A stretch of 64,000 nucleotides of DNA from NCBI GenBank assembly GCA_003162415.1, contig PMOL01000011.1:408853-472852 (forward strand). Reading direction: 5' to 3'. The notes beneath the pieces were generated by a model. The model was not told the DNA's origin. It did no database searches and saw nothing but the letters and a program-made list of their open reading frames with translations. How positions within the stretch are numbered: position 1 is the stretch's first letter; each line of letters opens with the position of its first letter. The translations under genes were made by a program, and so were the position numbers. Of the stretch, positions 26,058 through 35,031 are shown in pieces. Origin of the DNA: Candidatus Dormiibacterota bacterium. GTDB lineage: Bacteria; Chloroflexota; Dormibacteria; Aeolococcales; Aeolococcaceae.

Positions 26058-26978
26058 TCAGTTCTTGGTGGGATAGTCTCGGCGCGGTTTGCGACAGACG
26101 GCAGCGAGGCCGACCGCGCGGTTCATGTTGACTGAGGGGTCATCGGCAGGGGCCCAGACGATGTCCGATGCGAACCATTCTCGTGGTGCCGGCGCAGACA
26201 CCGGTGCTCGTGCAGGCGCGGGCTCAGGCGACTCGACGGCCCGCTTGATCCGCTCGACGGCCCCCGGGGACACTTTCCGGACGAGTCCCGCGGCGAAACG
26301 AATCAGCTGCGGGCGCGGGGGCCGATCCGGCGTTGACCCGACGCCAATCGATGGATCTCCGTCGCTTGGTGGAGGAACGTCGAATGGCATCGACCCCTCC
26401 GGAAAGACGCGCACCATGAGGCTGACCTCATCGAACGCGGTGCCGAGCAGCACGCTCAGCGCAGGGGGCGTGAACTCCATGAGGTGGGACGGAGAAAGAA
26501 GGTGTCCACCGGGCGCGTGCTCGAATGACCAGAGGCGGTTCGGGGTGCCGACAAAGCAGACCCCGGCATCGTTGACAGACTCCGCCATTGCTCGGACGAA
26601 CGCGAATGGATCGACGACGTGTTCAAGGACCTCGGAACTGGCGACGAGGTCAAATGACCTGGGGGTGAACGGCTCCGGCAGAGGCCTCATCAGGTCGGCG
26701 ACCGTGAATCGAACGTTCGCCCCTCCGTAGTTCGCCGTTGCATAGGTGATGGCGGCTGGAGAGCTGTCGACGCCGTCGACATTGGCGCCGGCCCTGGCCA
26801 GGAGCGCGGCACCGTACCCGGTGCCGCACCCGAAGTCCAGCACCCGCTTCCCTGCAGTGACCAGGTGCTCGGCGACCCACTCATACGTGCCTTCATGGCC
26901 TGCCGAGGTGATGTCGCGCGTCGCGCTGGGGACGTACCTGTCCTGGCCGTCCGCGGTCGCAAGATCAACTTCGGTCAT
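26058..26978 (-). CDS. Class I SAM-dependent methyltransferase
   Basis: VLDFGCGTGYG, GVDSS, FDLVASSEVLEHVVDP, GTPN; similar to glycan-associated methyltransferases. Confidence 0.87.
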   Translation of the reverse strand: MTEVDLATADGQDRYVPSATRDITSAGHEGTYEWVAEHLVTAGKRVLDFGCGTGYGAALLARAGANVDGVDSSPAAITYATANYGGANVRFTVADLMRPLPEPFTPRSFDLVASSEVLEHVVDPFAFVRAMAESVNDAGVCFVGTPNRLWSFEHAPGGHLLSPSHLMEFTPPALSVLLGTAFDEVSLMVRVFPEGSMPFDVPPPSDGDPSIGVGSTPDRPPRPQLIRFAAGLVRKVSPGAVERIKRAVESPEPAPARAPVSAPAPREWFASDIVWAPADDPSVNMNRAVGLAAVCRKPRRDYPTKN

Positions 26979-27037
26979 CGGTGCGGAAGCTTACTCCCGG
27001 TTCCTGACGCTTGATCGGATGCGTAGCCTGTCTCGTC

Positions 27038-27985
27038 ATGACTGAAGACGCTGCGACGATGGGCGTGACGCTGACCAACCTTGACGAGCCGCTGTTTGAC
27101 GCCGCGGGGGCAACCAAGCGAGACCTCGTCGATTATCTCGACAGCGTTGCCGGCCGGATCATCCCGGAGCTGGAGGACCGGCCGCTCTCGGTGATCCGTG
27201 TTCACCGCGGTCAGGAAGCCTTCATGCAGAAGAACCTGCCCTCGTACACGCCTTCCTGGGTGCAGCGGGTGACGATGTGGGCCGAGTCGTCGAAGCGAGA
27301 GGTGAGCTATGCGCTCTGCAATGACCTCCGGACCCTACTGTGGTTCGCGAACCAGCGCGCCGTCGAGTATCACCCGGCGCTGGCGCGCGTCGACAGTCCC
27401 GATCACATGACTCATCTGGTGCTCGACATCGATCCTCCACACGCCGACGCCTTTCCCGCCGCTGTGCGGGCTGCGCAGGTTGTCCGGCGCGTCCTCCTGG
27501 ATGAAGGGCTGGATGCCGTCATCAAGACGAGCGGAGCGAAGGGCCTGCACATCTTCGTTCCGATCGACACCAGCCTGTCCATGGATGCGGCCGCAGCAGC
27601 CACCCGGGCGATCGCTGCACGAGCCGAACGACTGGATCCCGGCACGGTCACCACCGCCTTCATGAAGGAGGACCGCGAAGGCAAGGTGTTCGTCGATGCG
27701 ACCCGCGTGGGCGGGGCGACGGTCGTCGCCGCGTACAGCCCGCGTGTGCGCCCGGGCGCACCAGTGTCGTTCCCCGTGGACTGGGACGAGCTCGATGATA
27801 TTTCGCCCGCTGACTTCACGATACTCACCGCTGTGCGTCAACTCGGGGAAGACGACCGGTGGGCCGCCCGAATGCCGCCGCCGCAGCGGCTCAGCACCGA
27901 ACTGCTCGACGAGGGCAGAGCCATCCCGGTCGCTCGTGTCCAAGCGATGCACGAGGGCAAACGCCGGGCACGGGGAAACAGGTAA
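27038..27985 (+). CDS. LigD-type primase-polymerase domain, stand-alone
   Basis: VTLTNLDEPLF...TKRDLVDY, LVLDIDP, KTSGAKGLHI, REGKVFVD, YSPRVRPGAPVSFPVDWDEL. Confidence 0.88.
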   Translation: MTEDAATMGVTLTNLDEPLFDAAGATKRDLVDYLDSVAGRIIPELEDRPLSVIRVHRGQEAFMQKNLPSYTPSWVQRVTMWAESSKREVSYALCNDLRTLLWFANQRAVEYHPALARVDSPDHMTHLVLDIDPPHADAFPAAVRAAQVVRRVLLDEGLDAVIKTSGAKGLHIFVPIDTSLSMDAAAAATRAIAARAERLDPGTVTTAFMKEDREGKVFVDATRVGGATVVAAYSPRVRPGAPVSFPVDWDELDDISPADFTILTAVRQLGEDDRWAARMPPPQRLSTELLDEGRAIPVARVQAMHEGKRRARGNR

Positions 27986-28062
27986 CAACGGTCAGCCATC
28001 CCGGATCCGGCGGCTGCCATCACCCGGCCGTGCTCCGCTTGAGTAACGTCACACTGCTGACC

Positions 28063-28869
28063 GTGGACGCCGCCGGCCTGTATCGAGGACCGCTCGAGGA
28101 TTTCGTCGCGCGGCGTAGCGCTCTCGTGCGAGAACTGCGGCCCATAGACCTAAAGGCGGCTGATGCCGTCGGCAAGCTCCGCAAGCCTTCCGCAAGCGTC
28201 TGGGCAATCGACCAGGTCGCGGCCGAAACCCCGGCACTGATAGCGGAGCTTCTGGCCGCCGGTGCCGATGCCCGAGAGGCTCAGGGGAACGTCGCCGCGG
28301 GGACAGCGAGCCGTGAGGATCTCCGCACAGCCACAGGAAGGCTTCGCGATGCGGTCGAGGCTGCGAGGCGGGCCGCCGTCGACGTGCTGAACGGCGCCGG
28401 CCACACCGCAACCGAAGACACCACACGAAGAATCCGCACCACCCTTCAGGCAGCCGCGACAGGCGGCGCAGCAGACCGGCAGGCGCTCTGGAGCGGCGCG
28501 CTCGATCGCGACCTCGATGTCGCGGGTTTTGGATCGGTCAGTGAACCCGAGGATGACCGGACAGAACTTGCTGGAGTCCTCGCACCGCTCCGTCGGCGGA
28601 GCGAATCGGCGACCCCACAATCGGCGCCAGAACCGGCCGCCGCAGGCTCGAAGGGGCTGGAGCGGCGACAGGCGGAGCGCGACGAGGCGAAACTGCGCGC
28701 GGCTGCCGAACGAGCACGTGAGACTGCGGATGCGAAGCGGCGTCAGGCTGATCGCCTTTCGGACGAAGCCCGCACTGCCGCCGACGAGGCGATGGCCGCC
28801 GCGCATGCTGCTGATGCTGCGGAAGAGGCCGCACGGGCAGCACGCGCGGCGCTCGATCAGCGCGTCTGA
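28063..28869 (+). CDS. Alanine-rich helical hypothetical protein
   Basis: LYRGPLEDFVARRSALVRELR...LRKPSASVWAIDQ resembles a conserved actinobacterial hypothetical family; C-terminal coiled coil. Start uncertain. Confidence 0.6.
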   Translation: MDAAGLYRGPLEDFVARRSALVRELRPIDLKAADAVGKLRKPSASVWAIDQVAAETPALIAELLAAGADAREAQGNVAAGTASREDLRTATGRLRDAVEAARRAAVDVLNGAGHTATEDTTRRIRTTLQAAATGGAADRQALWSGALDRDLDVAGFGSVSEPEDDRTELAGVLAPLRRRSESATPQSAPEPAAAGSKGLERRQAERDEAKLRAAAERARETADAKRRQADRLSDEARTAADEAMAAAHAADAAEEAARAARAALDQRV

Positions 28870-29813
28870 GCCACGACCGTCGGGTGCGCTCGCGGCACGG
28901 GGCTCGCTCCAGGCGGCGTCGACCTGACATCGGCACGGCTGTGGTCACTCTTGTGAACGCCAACCCCAAGCATCACCAATCCGATGCCAATGAGATCTGA
29001 CACTGACGGGATCTGGCGCAGCACGATGACACCCATGATCGTTGCAGTCGCGGGGAGCAGTGCCAGGAAGAGCGCATAGGTCGATCGCGGAAGCCGGGCC
29101 ATGGCGAGTTGATCGAGCACGTAAGGAATCACCGACGACGCCACGCCGACTCCGATGCCCGCCGCGATGGCGACGGGATCGCTGAAGGCACGAACCGCAC
29201 CGGCGAACCCGATCGGAGTCACGAAGATGAGCGCGAACAGCATCGCAGCTGCGAGTCCGTCGATATCGCCCACCGCCGAGCGCCGTGAGACGCGGTGCGC
29301 AAGGATGATGTACAGCGCAAAGAGCGCCGCATTCGCAAAGGCGAACGCGACCCCAAGCGGATCGCCGACGGCGCGGGCGTGTGTCAGCAGAAGGACCCCG
29401 GCAGCAGCTGCGACGACCGCCGCGACGTTGCGCGGGACCCGCGCGGCGATCACGGCAAGCGTGATCGGCCCGACGAACTCGATGGCTCCGACCGTCGCGA
29501 GTGGCAGCCGATCGATCGAGATGTAGAAGCAGACATTCATCAGCGCGAGAACGGCGCCGAGCGCAACGATCAAGCTCCGGCCACGACGGTCGATCGCCAG
29601 GAAGCCTCGCCACGGGCGCCGCCAGACCGCAAAGACCAGTGCGGCCGACGCGATACGGAGCCAGGCAACCCCGAGGACGTCGATGCGGGCGAAAAGGAGG
29701 ACCGCGAACGCGGGTCCGAGGTTGTGGAAGATCGCGCTCACAACGAAGTACACATGCGGCGGCACGCTGGTGACCCGTCCCCTGGAGACCTGCCTGATCT
29801 GAATCAACGCCAT
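28857..29813 (-). CDS. EamA/RhtA-like DMT transporter
   Basis: WLRIASAA, FYISIDRLPLATVGAIEFVGP, SSVIPYVLDQLAMARLP...ALLPATA; about 10 TM helices. Confidence 0.9.
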   Translation of the reverse strand: MALIQIRQVSRGRVTSVPPHVYFVVSAIFHNLGPAFAVLLFARIDVLGVAWLRIASAALVFAVWRRPWRGFLAIDRRGRSLIVALGAVLALMNVCFYISIDRLPLATVGAIEFVGPITLAVIAARVPRNVAAVVAAAAGVLLLTHARAVGDPLGVAFAFANAALFALYIILAHRVSRRSAVGDIDGLAAAMLFALIFVTPIGFAGAVRAFSDPVAIAAGIGVGVASSVIPYVLDQLAMARLPRSTYALFLALLPATATIMGVIVLRQIPSVSDLIGIGLVMLGVGVHKSDHSRADVRSTPPGASPVPRAHPTVVAQTR

Positions 29814-29882
29814 GCGAATACGGTAGCCCAGAGGCGAAAGATTTGACATACGCGATCAACGGCATTACGCTCTGTTCGCCTT

Positions 29883-30371
29883 ATGAAGAACGGCAGAATC
29901 GCGTCGAACCCAACGGTTCCAGCACATCTGGATCAAATCGACCGCCGAATCATCGGAGTGCTTGGGACGGAAGGCCGCATCTCGCTCGCCGAGCTTGGAC
30001 GTCGAGTGAATCTGTCGTCACCGGCGGTCGCGGAGCGCGTGCAGCGTCTCGAGCATGCCGGGGTCATCACCGGCTACCGGGCGGTCATCAACCCGCGCGT
30101 CCTCGGGTATCAGTTCACCGCGATCGTGAGAGTCAAGCCCGCGCCCGGGCAGCTCCACCGGATCCCCGAACTCGCCCTCCAGATCCCCGAGGTCGGTGAA
30201 TGCCATCGGATCACGGGCGAGGACTGCTACTTCCTGAAGATGCATCTGCAATCGATCGAGGAGCTCACCACCATCCTCGACCGCTTCCTTGCCTACGGGG
30301 AGACCACGACCTCGATCGTCAATGCCTCACCGATCCCCCACCGTGATCCGCCGATTCCGGACGACCTCTAG
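29883..30371 (+). CDS. Lrp/AsnC-family transcriptional regulator
   Basis: LDQIDRRII...GRISLAELGRRVNLSSPAVAERVQRLE, ECHRITGEDCY; divergent from EamA. Confidence 0.93.
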   Translation: MKNGRIASNPTVPAHLDQIDRRIIGVLGTEGRISLAELGRRVNLSSPAVAERVQRLEHAGVITGYRAVINPRVLGYQFTAIVRVKPAPGQLHRIPELALQIPEVGECHRITGEDCYFLKMHLQSIEELTTILDRFLAYGETTTSIVNASPIPHRDPPIPDDL

Positions 30372-30422
30372 GTCCGTCCGCGTGCCGGGCCCGGGCTGAG
30401 GTCGAACGGCCGAGCATCCGCG

Positions 30423-31382
30423 TCAGGTGACGACCGTCAGGACGACATTGCCGACCTTCTGGTGCAGCTCGACGTACTTCGTCGCCTCGACCACCTGCTC
30501 GAGCGAATAGCGGCGATCGATGACTGCCCGATATTTGCCCGCTTCCATGAGCCCCTTGAGAAAGAGCACATCCTTCTTCGTGAACTTGGGTGGAAGGTCG
30601 AACACCACCTTGCGGTCGCCGATCCGCGACGTCCACGCGGCAAGGGCGAGGTTGCGCAACCCATCGGTCGGCAGGTAGACGCCGCCGTGCTTGAGCGAAG
30701 CCTTGCAACCGGCGAACGACTGCTTCCCCACGGCATCGAAGATAACGTCGTACGTCCTGCGATTCTTGGTGAAATCCTCCTGCGTGTAGTCGATGACCTC
30801 ATCGGCGCCGAGGGACCGCACCAGGTCGAAATTCCTTGTGGTGCATACGGCTGTGACGTGGGCGCCGAAGGCCGCAGCCAGCTGCACGCCGGCGGTGCCC
30901 ATGGATCCCGATGCGCCATAGACGAGGACCGACTGTCCGGTTCGCACTTTTCCTGGCCTCAGGCAATTCAGTGCGAGGATCGCCCCGTCGCAGACGGCGA
31001 CCGCCTCTTCGAACGTACTGCCCTCAGGCATGCGTGCAAGCGGACCGCTCCCCTGCACGGCGATGAACTCAGCGTGCGCCCCGAATTTCCACGGCTTCAT
31101 GCCGAAGACTCTGTCCCCGATATTGAACTCGGTGACACTCGGTCCCGCGACCTCCACAACGCCCGCGAACTCGCTGCCGAGGATCCCTTGCCTCGGGCGG
31201 CGCATCCCGGTCAGGAACCGCGAGAAGAATGGTTCAGCCGCCCGCAGGGCGCAGTCCGATCGATTGACGGTCGTTGCGTGAATCCGGATCAGAACCTCAT
31301 CGTCCTTCGGAATCGGGCGCTCCACCTCCTCGATGTGCAGGACCTCGGGTGGACCGTACCGGTCGTGGACCACGGCTCTCAT
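30423..31382 (-). CDS. NAD(P)-dependent MDR-family oxidoreductase (quinone reductase-like)
   Basis: RYGPPEVL, GSEFAGVVE, GAHAEF, VLVYGASGSMG, GADEVIDYT, YDVIFDAVG. Confidence 0.88.
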   Translation of the reverse strand: MRAVVHDRYGPPEVLHIEEVERPIPKDDEVLIRIHATTVNRSDCALRAAEPFFSRFLTGMRRPRQGILGSEFAGVVEVAGPSVTEFNIGDRVFGMKPWKFGAHAEFIAVQGSGPLARMPEGSTFEEAVAVCDGAILALNCLRPGKVRTGQSVLVYGASGSMGTAGVQLAAAFGAHVTAVCTTRNFDLVRSLGADEVIDYTQEDFTKNRRTYDVIFDAVGKQSFAGCKASLKHGGVYLPTDGLRNLALAAWTSRIGDRKVVFDLPPKFTKKDVLFLKGLMEAGKYRAVIDRRYSLEQVVEATKYVELHQKVGNVVLTVVT

Positions 31383-31408
31383 GGAACTCCAACCTTCGCA
31401 CGTGCGTC
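31383..31408 (+). promoter_or_regulatory. Candidate ECF-sigma promoter GGAAC-N17-CGTC upstream of the ECF gene
   Basis: GGAAC 31383-31387 and CGTC 31405-31408 match the generic ECF -35/-10 pattern; the motifs are short, so a chance match is possible. Confidence 0.35.
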
Positions 31409-31464
31409 CATTTCCCGAGTCCACGCGTCTCATCAGCATGCGAACTGCCTCAATAGCAGGCGTC

Positions 31465-31983
31465 ATGCCTGACTATGCGGCCCGCCCTGCCAGCGCAGAT
31501 GACGAACGTCGATTCGAGCTTCTCATCGAACCCCACCTCGGGGAAGCGTTTACGCTGGCTCAGGCGCTCTCAACAGACCGGAGCTTGGCTCAGGACGCGG
31601 TGCAGAGCGCGGCATTCAAGGCGTGGCGGAGGATGCGCCAGCTTCGCGGCGACGGCAGCGCCCGAGCCTGGTTCCTCGCGATCGTCGTCAACGAGTGCAG
31701 GAGCACGTGGCGTAAACGGATGGCTCAGCCTTCCGAGGCTGTGCCGGACGTCGAGGTCATCAGCTGGCCGCAGGCAATCGACCAGCGGCTCGACGTGCGG
31801 TCCGCGATGCGGCGGCTGAAGCGCGACGACCGTGCGGTTCTCTCCCTGCGCTTTCTCATGGACATGAGCGTCGAGGAGTCGGCGGGGGTTCTGGGGATAT
31901 CGGTGTCGGCGGTGAAGGCGCGAACAGCCCGCGCAGCCTTCAGGTTTCGAGAGCTGATGAATCAACCTGAGGCGGCGGAATAG
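31465..31983 (+). CDS. ECF (sigma-70 group 4) sigma factor
   Basis: AQDAVQSAAFKAWR, RAWFLAIVVNECRS, region 4 LKRDDRAVLSLRF...VEESAGVLGISVSAVKARTARA. Confidence 0.88.
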   Translation: MPDYAARPASADDERRFELLIEPHLGEAFTLAQALSTDRSLAQDAVQSAAFKAWRRMRQLRGDGSARAWFLAIVVNECRSTWRKRMAQPSEAVPDVEVISWPQAIDQRLDVRSAMRRLKRDDRAVLSLRFLMDMSVEESAGVLGISVSAVKARTARAAFRFRELMNQPEAAE

Positions 31984-33303
31984 ATGGAAGACGACGACAT
32001 CCGGCAACTGCTCCACGCAACCTACCGTGCGGAAGGAGCCGCGCCGGTCATGTACCCGGGAGCGTTAGAGCACCAAGCGCGGGGGCCACGGTCGCGCCTG
32101 GTGACATCCCTTCTCGCCCTTGTCGCGGCTCTCGTGGTGGCCGTGCCGGTCGGCGTCGGCGTGCTCCTGCGCTCCGGCGCCGGCGTTGGTTCCGGTGGGC
32201 CGGCCACGTCGATCCAGGATCTCCACATGTACGACGCCAACAACGGATGGGCGTGGCCTGGAGGGGACGAGATCCTGCACACCACGTCTGGAGTCCAAAA
32301 CTGGACGATCACGCGCGCCCCGATTGCCGGCCGGCTGATCGTCGGGGTGGCGTGGGTCAATGCCGAATCGGCGCGAATCCTGACAACGACCCCCGCCGCC
32401 TACGACCAGCTCGAAAAGCCTTACACGCTCACACCGTGGCTGACCGACGACGGTGGGGCGACCTGGTCGGTGGGGCAGCCGTTCAGGGTGCTGCTCGAGA
32501 CGGGCGCGGATCCGAGCAGTGGGACCGTCTACCCAAACTTCGCGTTCGTCGATCCGGTCCACGGGTGGTTCTTCGACAGTCAAGGCCTTGGGGTCGGTGC
32601 TCCGACGTTCATCTATCGGACCGTGGATGGCGGACTGCACTGGTCACAGGTGGAGATGACACCTGCGACCGGCAAGGCCGCCCGTGATGCGCTCCCGGTC
32701 GGATGCGCCGCTTACGGCATGTCGTTCGCCAATCCAACCACCGGCTGGGTCACCGGCTCGTGCGGCATCGCAACGCTCTTCGACGTGACGCACGACGGTG
32801 GTGTGACGTGGGCGCCGCAGCGGTTCCCCTGTATCAACTGTGCGCTCTATGCGCCACAGTTCACCTCGCCACTCGTCGGCTCGCTGTTCGCGGGCACCGG
32901 AACGGGCGGACTCTTCGTGACCAACGACGGCGGGCGAACCTGGAGTGCCCGGTCGTCGCCGCCCGGAAACTGGCCGGATTTCGTCGATGCCAATCACGGC
33001 TTCACGATGGGCCTCACAGGGAACAACAACCCGTCGACCGTCCTGTGGACGACCACGGACGGCGGGATGACCTGGGGTCAGGCGCCAAATGGAGCGATTC
33101 ACGGCAACGGACCGTTCGAGACTTCGCAGCTCGACTTCATCAGTCCTCGGATTGGTTGGGTGGTCTCCGTTGACATCGTCGTCGGAGGCATAGTGGGACC
33201 AGGACAGACCCCCTACCCGACGGTGCCGCCTGCGCTGTGGCAAACAACCGATGCAGGGTCAACCTGGACGCTGATCACGCCGACCTTCACGACCTCAGGG
33301 TGA
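31984..33303 (+). CDS. Single-TM protein with extracytoplasmic BNR/Asp-box (YCF48-like) propeller; candidate anti-sigma factor
   Basis: Starts directly after the ECF stop; short N-terminus, TM LVTSLLALVAALVVAVPVGVGVLL, six TxDGGxxW Asp boxes. Confidence 0.75.
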   Translation: MEDDDIRQLLHATYRAEGAAPVMYPGALEHQARGPRSRLVTSLLALVAALVVAVPVGVGVLLRSGAGVGSGGPATSIQDLHMYDANNGWAWPGGDEILHTTSGVQNWTITRAPIAGRLIVGVAWVNAESARILTTTPAAYDQLEKPYTLTPWLTDDGGATWSVGQPFRVLLETGADPSSGTVYPNFAFVDPVHGWFFDSQGLGVGAPTFIYRTVDGGLHWSQVEMTPATGKAARDALPVGCAAYGMSFANPTTGWVTGSCGIATLFDVTHDGGVTWAPQRFPCINCALYAPQFTSPLVGSLFAGTGTGGLFVTNDGGRTWSARSSPPGNWPDFVDANHGFTMGLTGNNNPSTVLWTTTDGGMTWGQAPNGAIHGNGPFETSQLDFISPRIGWVVSVDIVVGGIVGPGQTPYPTVPPALWQTTDAGSTWTLITPTFTTSG

Positions 33304-33529
33304 CGACGGCGGCGCGCCCGGAATCGGTCTGAGGTCCGGCGCGACCCATGGCGCGCGTGCGCGAGGACTCGCGAGCAGGTCGGGAGAGTAGTGGTTGAGA
33401 AGCAGGTGCTTGTCGAGAAGTTGCGGGCTGTGGTCGAGAAATCGGGTGAAGCTCGACCGCGGCGAATGCTCGATCCCGGCCGCGACGACGTACACCCAGG
33501 CTCGGGTGAGCGTGTCGTGATACAGCCCC
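33295..33529 (-). pseudogene. 3' remnant of a conserved hypothetical gene
   Basis: GLYHDTLTRAWV...FLDHSPQLLDKHLLLNHYSPDLLASPRARAPWVAPDLRPIP looks like the C-terminal half of a widespread YHET-type family; upstream the frame runs into antisense MarR sequence. Confidence 0.5.
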
Positions 33530-33715
33530 TCGACGCTCAGTGGACTTCTCGATCGACTCGAACATCGCGGTCTGATCCGCCGAGCACTCAACGAAGCGGA
33601 TCGCCGCTCCTTTCTCATCAGCCTGACGCGAAGCGGTCGCGTCGCAGCGCGGGCCGTCGTGGAGGCGTTGCGTGTGATCGAGCGCGAGGCGCTTGGCGGG
33701 GGTCTCCGCTCGTGA
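33521..33715 (+). pseudogene. 5'-truncated MarR-family regulator remnant
   Basis: My translation PSTLSGLLDRLEHRGLIRRALNEADRRSFLISLTRSGRVAARAVVEALRVIEREALGGGLRS* is the recognition helix and wing of MarR; an in-frame TGA (33518-33520) lies immediately upstream and there is no start codon. Confidence 0.72.
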
Positions 33716-33812
33716 CCGCGCGGGAATCGTCACAGTCGCCCGCGCGTTCGAGAGCTGACCTCGCCGCCCGCTCGACTTCAGGTGAGCCCGAGAGACCGGT
33801 CGGTCGAGCTCT

Positions 33813-34208
33813 CTACCCGCCCTGGGGGACTTGCTGCGGTGCCCACTCGGGGAGTTGCTGCAGTGACCAGGCGTTGCCGTCGGGATCGCTGAAGGTCACG
33901 AACGAACCCCACGGCTGGACGTCGATCTCGCTTGCCGCCACGCCATGGCTGACCAGCTGCTCGCGAGCCGCCGCCACGTCCGCAACGACCATCTGGACGC
34001 CACGCTGCGACCCGGGCGGCATTTCGGTGATGCCAGTGCCCATGACGATGGAGCACGCAGAGCCAGGCGGCGTGAGCTGCACGAAGCGCAGCGTCTCGGT
34101 GACCTGGTAGTCGTGGTCGGCGTTGAAGCCGACCTGGTCGACGTAGAAGGCCTTCGCGCGATCGACGTCGGTGACCGGTATGGCGACGAGTTCAATCTTC
34201 CAATCCAT
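33813..34208 (-). CDS. VOC/glyoxalase-family protein
   Basis: IPVTDVDRAKAFY, FVQLTPPGSACSI, FVTFSDPDGNAWSLQQ; TAGACT box 6 nt before ATG. Confidence 0.9.
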   Translation of the reverse strand: MDWKIELVAIPVTDVDRAKAFYVDQVGFNADHDYQVTETLRFVQLTPPGSACSIVMGTGITEMPPGSQRGVQMVVADVAAAREQLVSHGVAASEIDVQPWGSFVTFSDPDGNAWSLQQLPEWAPQQVPQGG

Positions 34209-34243
34209 GCGCGTAGTCTATCGAGACGACATAAGGAGCTCCT

Positions 34244-34558
34244 ATGCACAAGCGGTTGGTGACGCGCTACGCGACAAAGTCCAAAGAGGCGGCGGACGAG
34301 AATCAGCGACGGGTCGAGGGAGTGTTCGCCGAGCTCGAGGCCAACAAGCCCGGCAACGTGAGCTACATCGTGCTGCGACTCGAGGACGGCTCGTTCGTCC
34401 ACGTCTCATTCCACGATCATGGTGATGACGAGGTGAATCCGATCTCGTCGACCGCCGCGTTCGCGCACTTCCAGGACGCGCACGAGGATCGGCGCGAGGG
34501 CGCTGTCAACCAGCAGAAGGCGACGCTGGTCGGCTCGTACATCACCAGGATCGAGTAG
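34244..34558 (+). CDS. Small conserved hypothetical (dimeric alpha-beta-barrel-like)
   Basis: AAGGAG SD; VTRYATK...ADENQRRVEGVFAEL...YIVLRLEDGSFVH pattern. Confidence 0.68.
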   Translation: MHKRLVTRYATKSKEAADENQRRVEGVFAELEANKPGNVSYIVLRLEDGSFVHVSFHDHGDDEVNPISSTAAFAHFQDAHEDRREGAVNQQKATLVGSYITRIE

Positions 34559-34577
34559 CCTCGCCCCGGCTGCAACG

Positions 34578-34985
34578 CTAGATCGCGCGCATCCGGTTGT
34601 TGCGCGGGTTGTGCTCGACCTCGGCGAGCCCGAGAGCCTCCATCAGGGGTGGCACGTACATGCCGAAACGTCCGCGCAACCCCTTCTTCATCCCGTACCA
34701 GCCGCCGACCGGGTTGTCGGTCGAGCGGCCCCAGGCCTCAACCGTCCCCTCGGCGGCCGGCTTCTGCTCGTCTGCGCTGCCAAGAGGGACCCAGTCACCG
34801 CGCTCTTTGAGCATCTGGTGGAGGTCGTCAAGGCAGCGCAGCTGATACCGGAGCTGGGTGCTCCCGACCGTGCAGACCAGCGCCGGCGGATCCACCGTCT
34901 CGTCCCGGTACATCTCGTAGTTGGACGTCCCACTCGGGGTGGTCAGCTTCCAGGGGTTCTCGCGGGTCCCACTTCCGTTTGCCAT
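34578..34985 (-). CDS. DUF6855-family protein
   Basis: GTRENPWKLTTPSG...EMYRDE...EGTVEAWGRSTDNPVGGWYGMKKGLRGRFGMYVPPLMEALGLAEVEHNPRNNRMRA. Confidence 0.75.
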   Translation of the reverse strand: MANGSGTRENPWKLTTPSGTSNYEMYRDETVDPPALVCTVGSTQLRYQLRCLDDLHQMLKERGDWVPLGSADEQKPAAEGTVEAWGRSTDNPVGGWYGMKKGLRGRFGMYVPPLMEALGLAEVEHNPRNNRMRAI

Positions 34986-35031
34986 CCTCGCGCCTCCATC
35001 GACCGGGTAACCGCCCACAGTCTAGAGAGCG

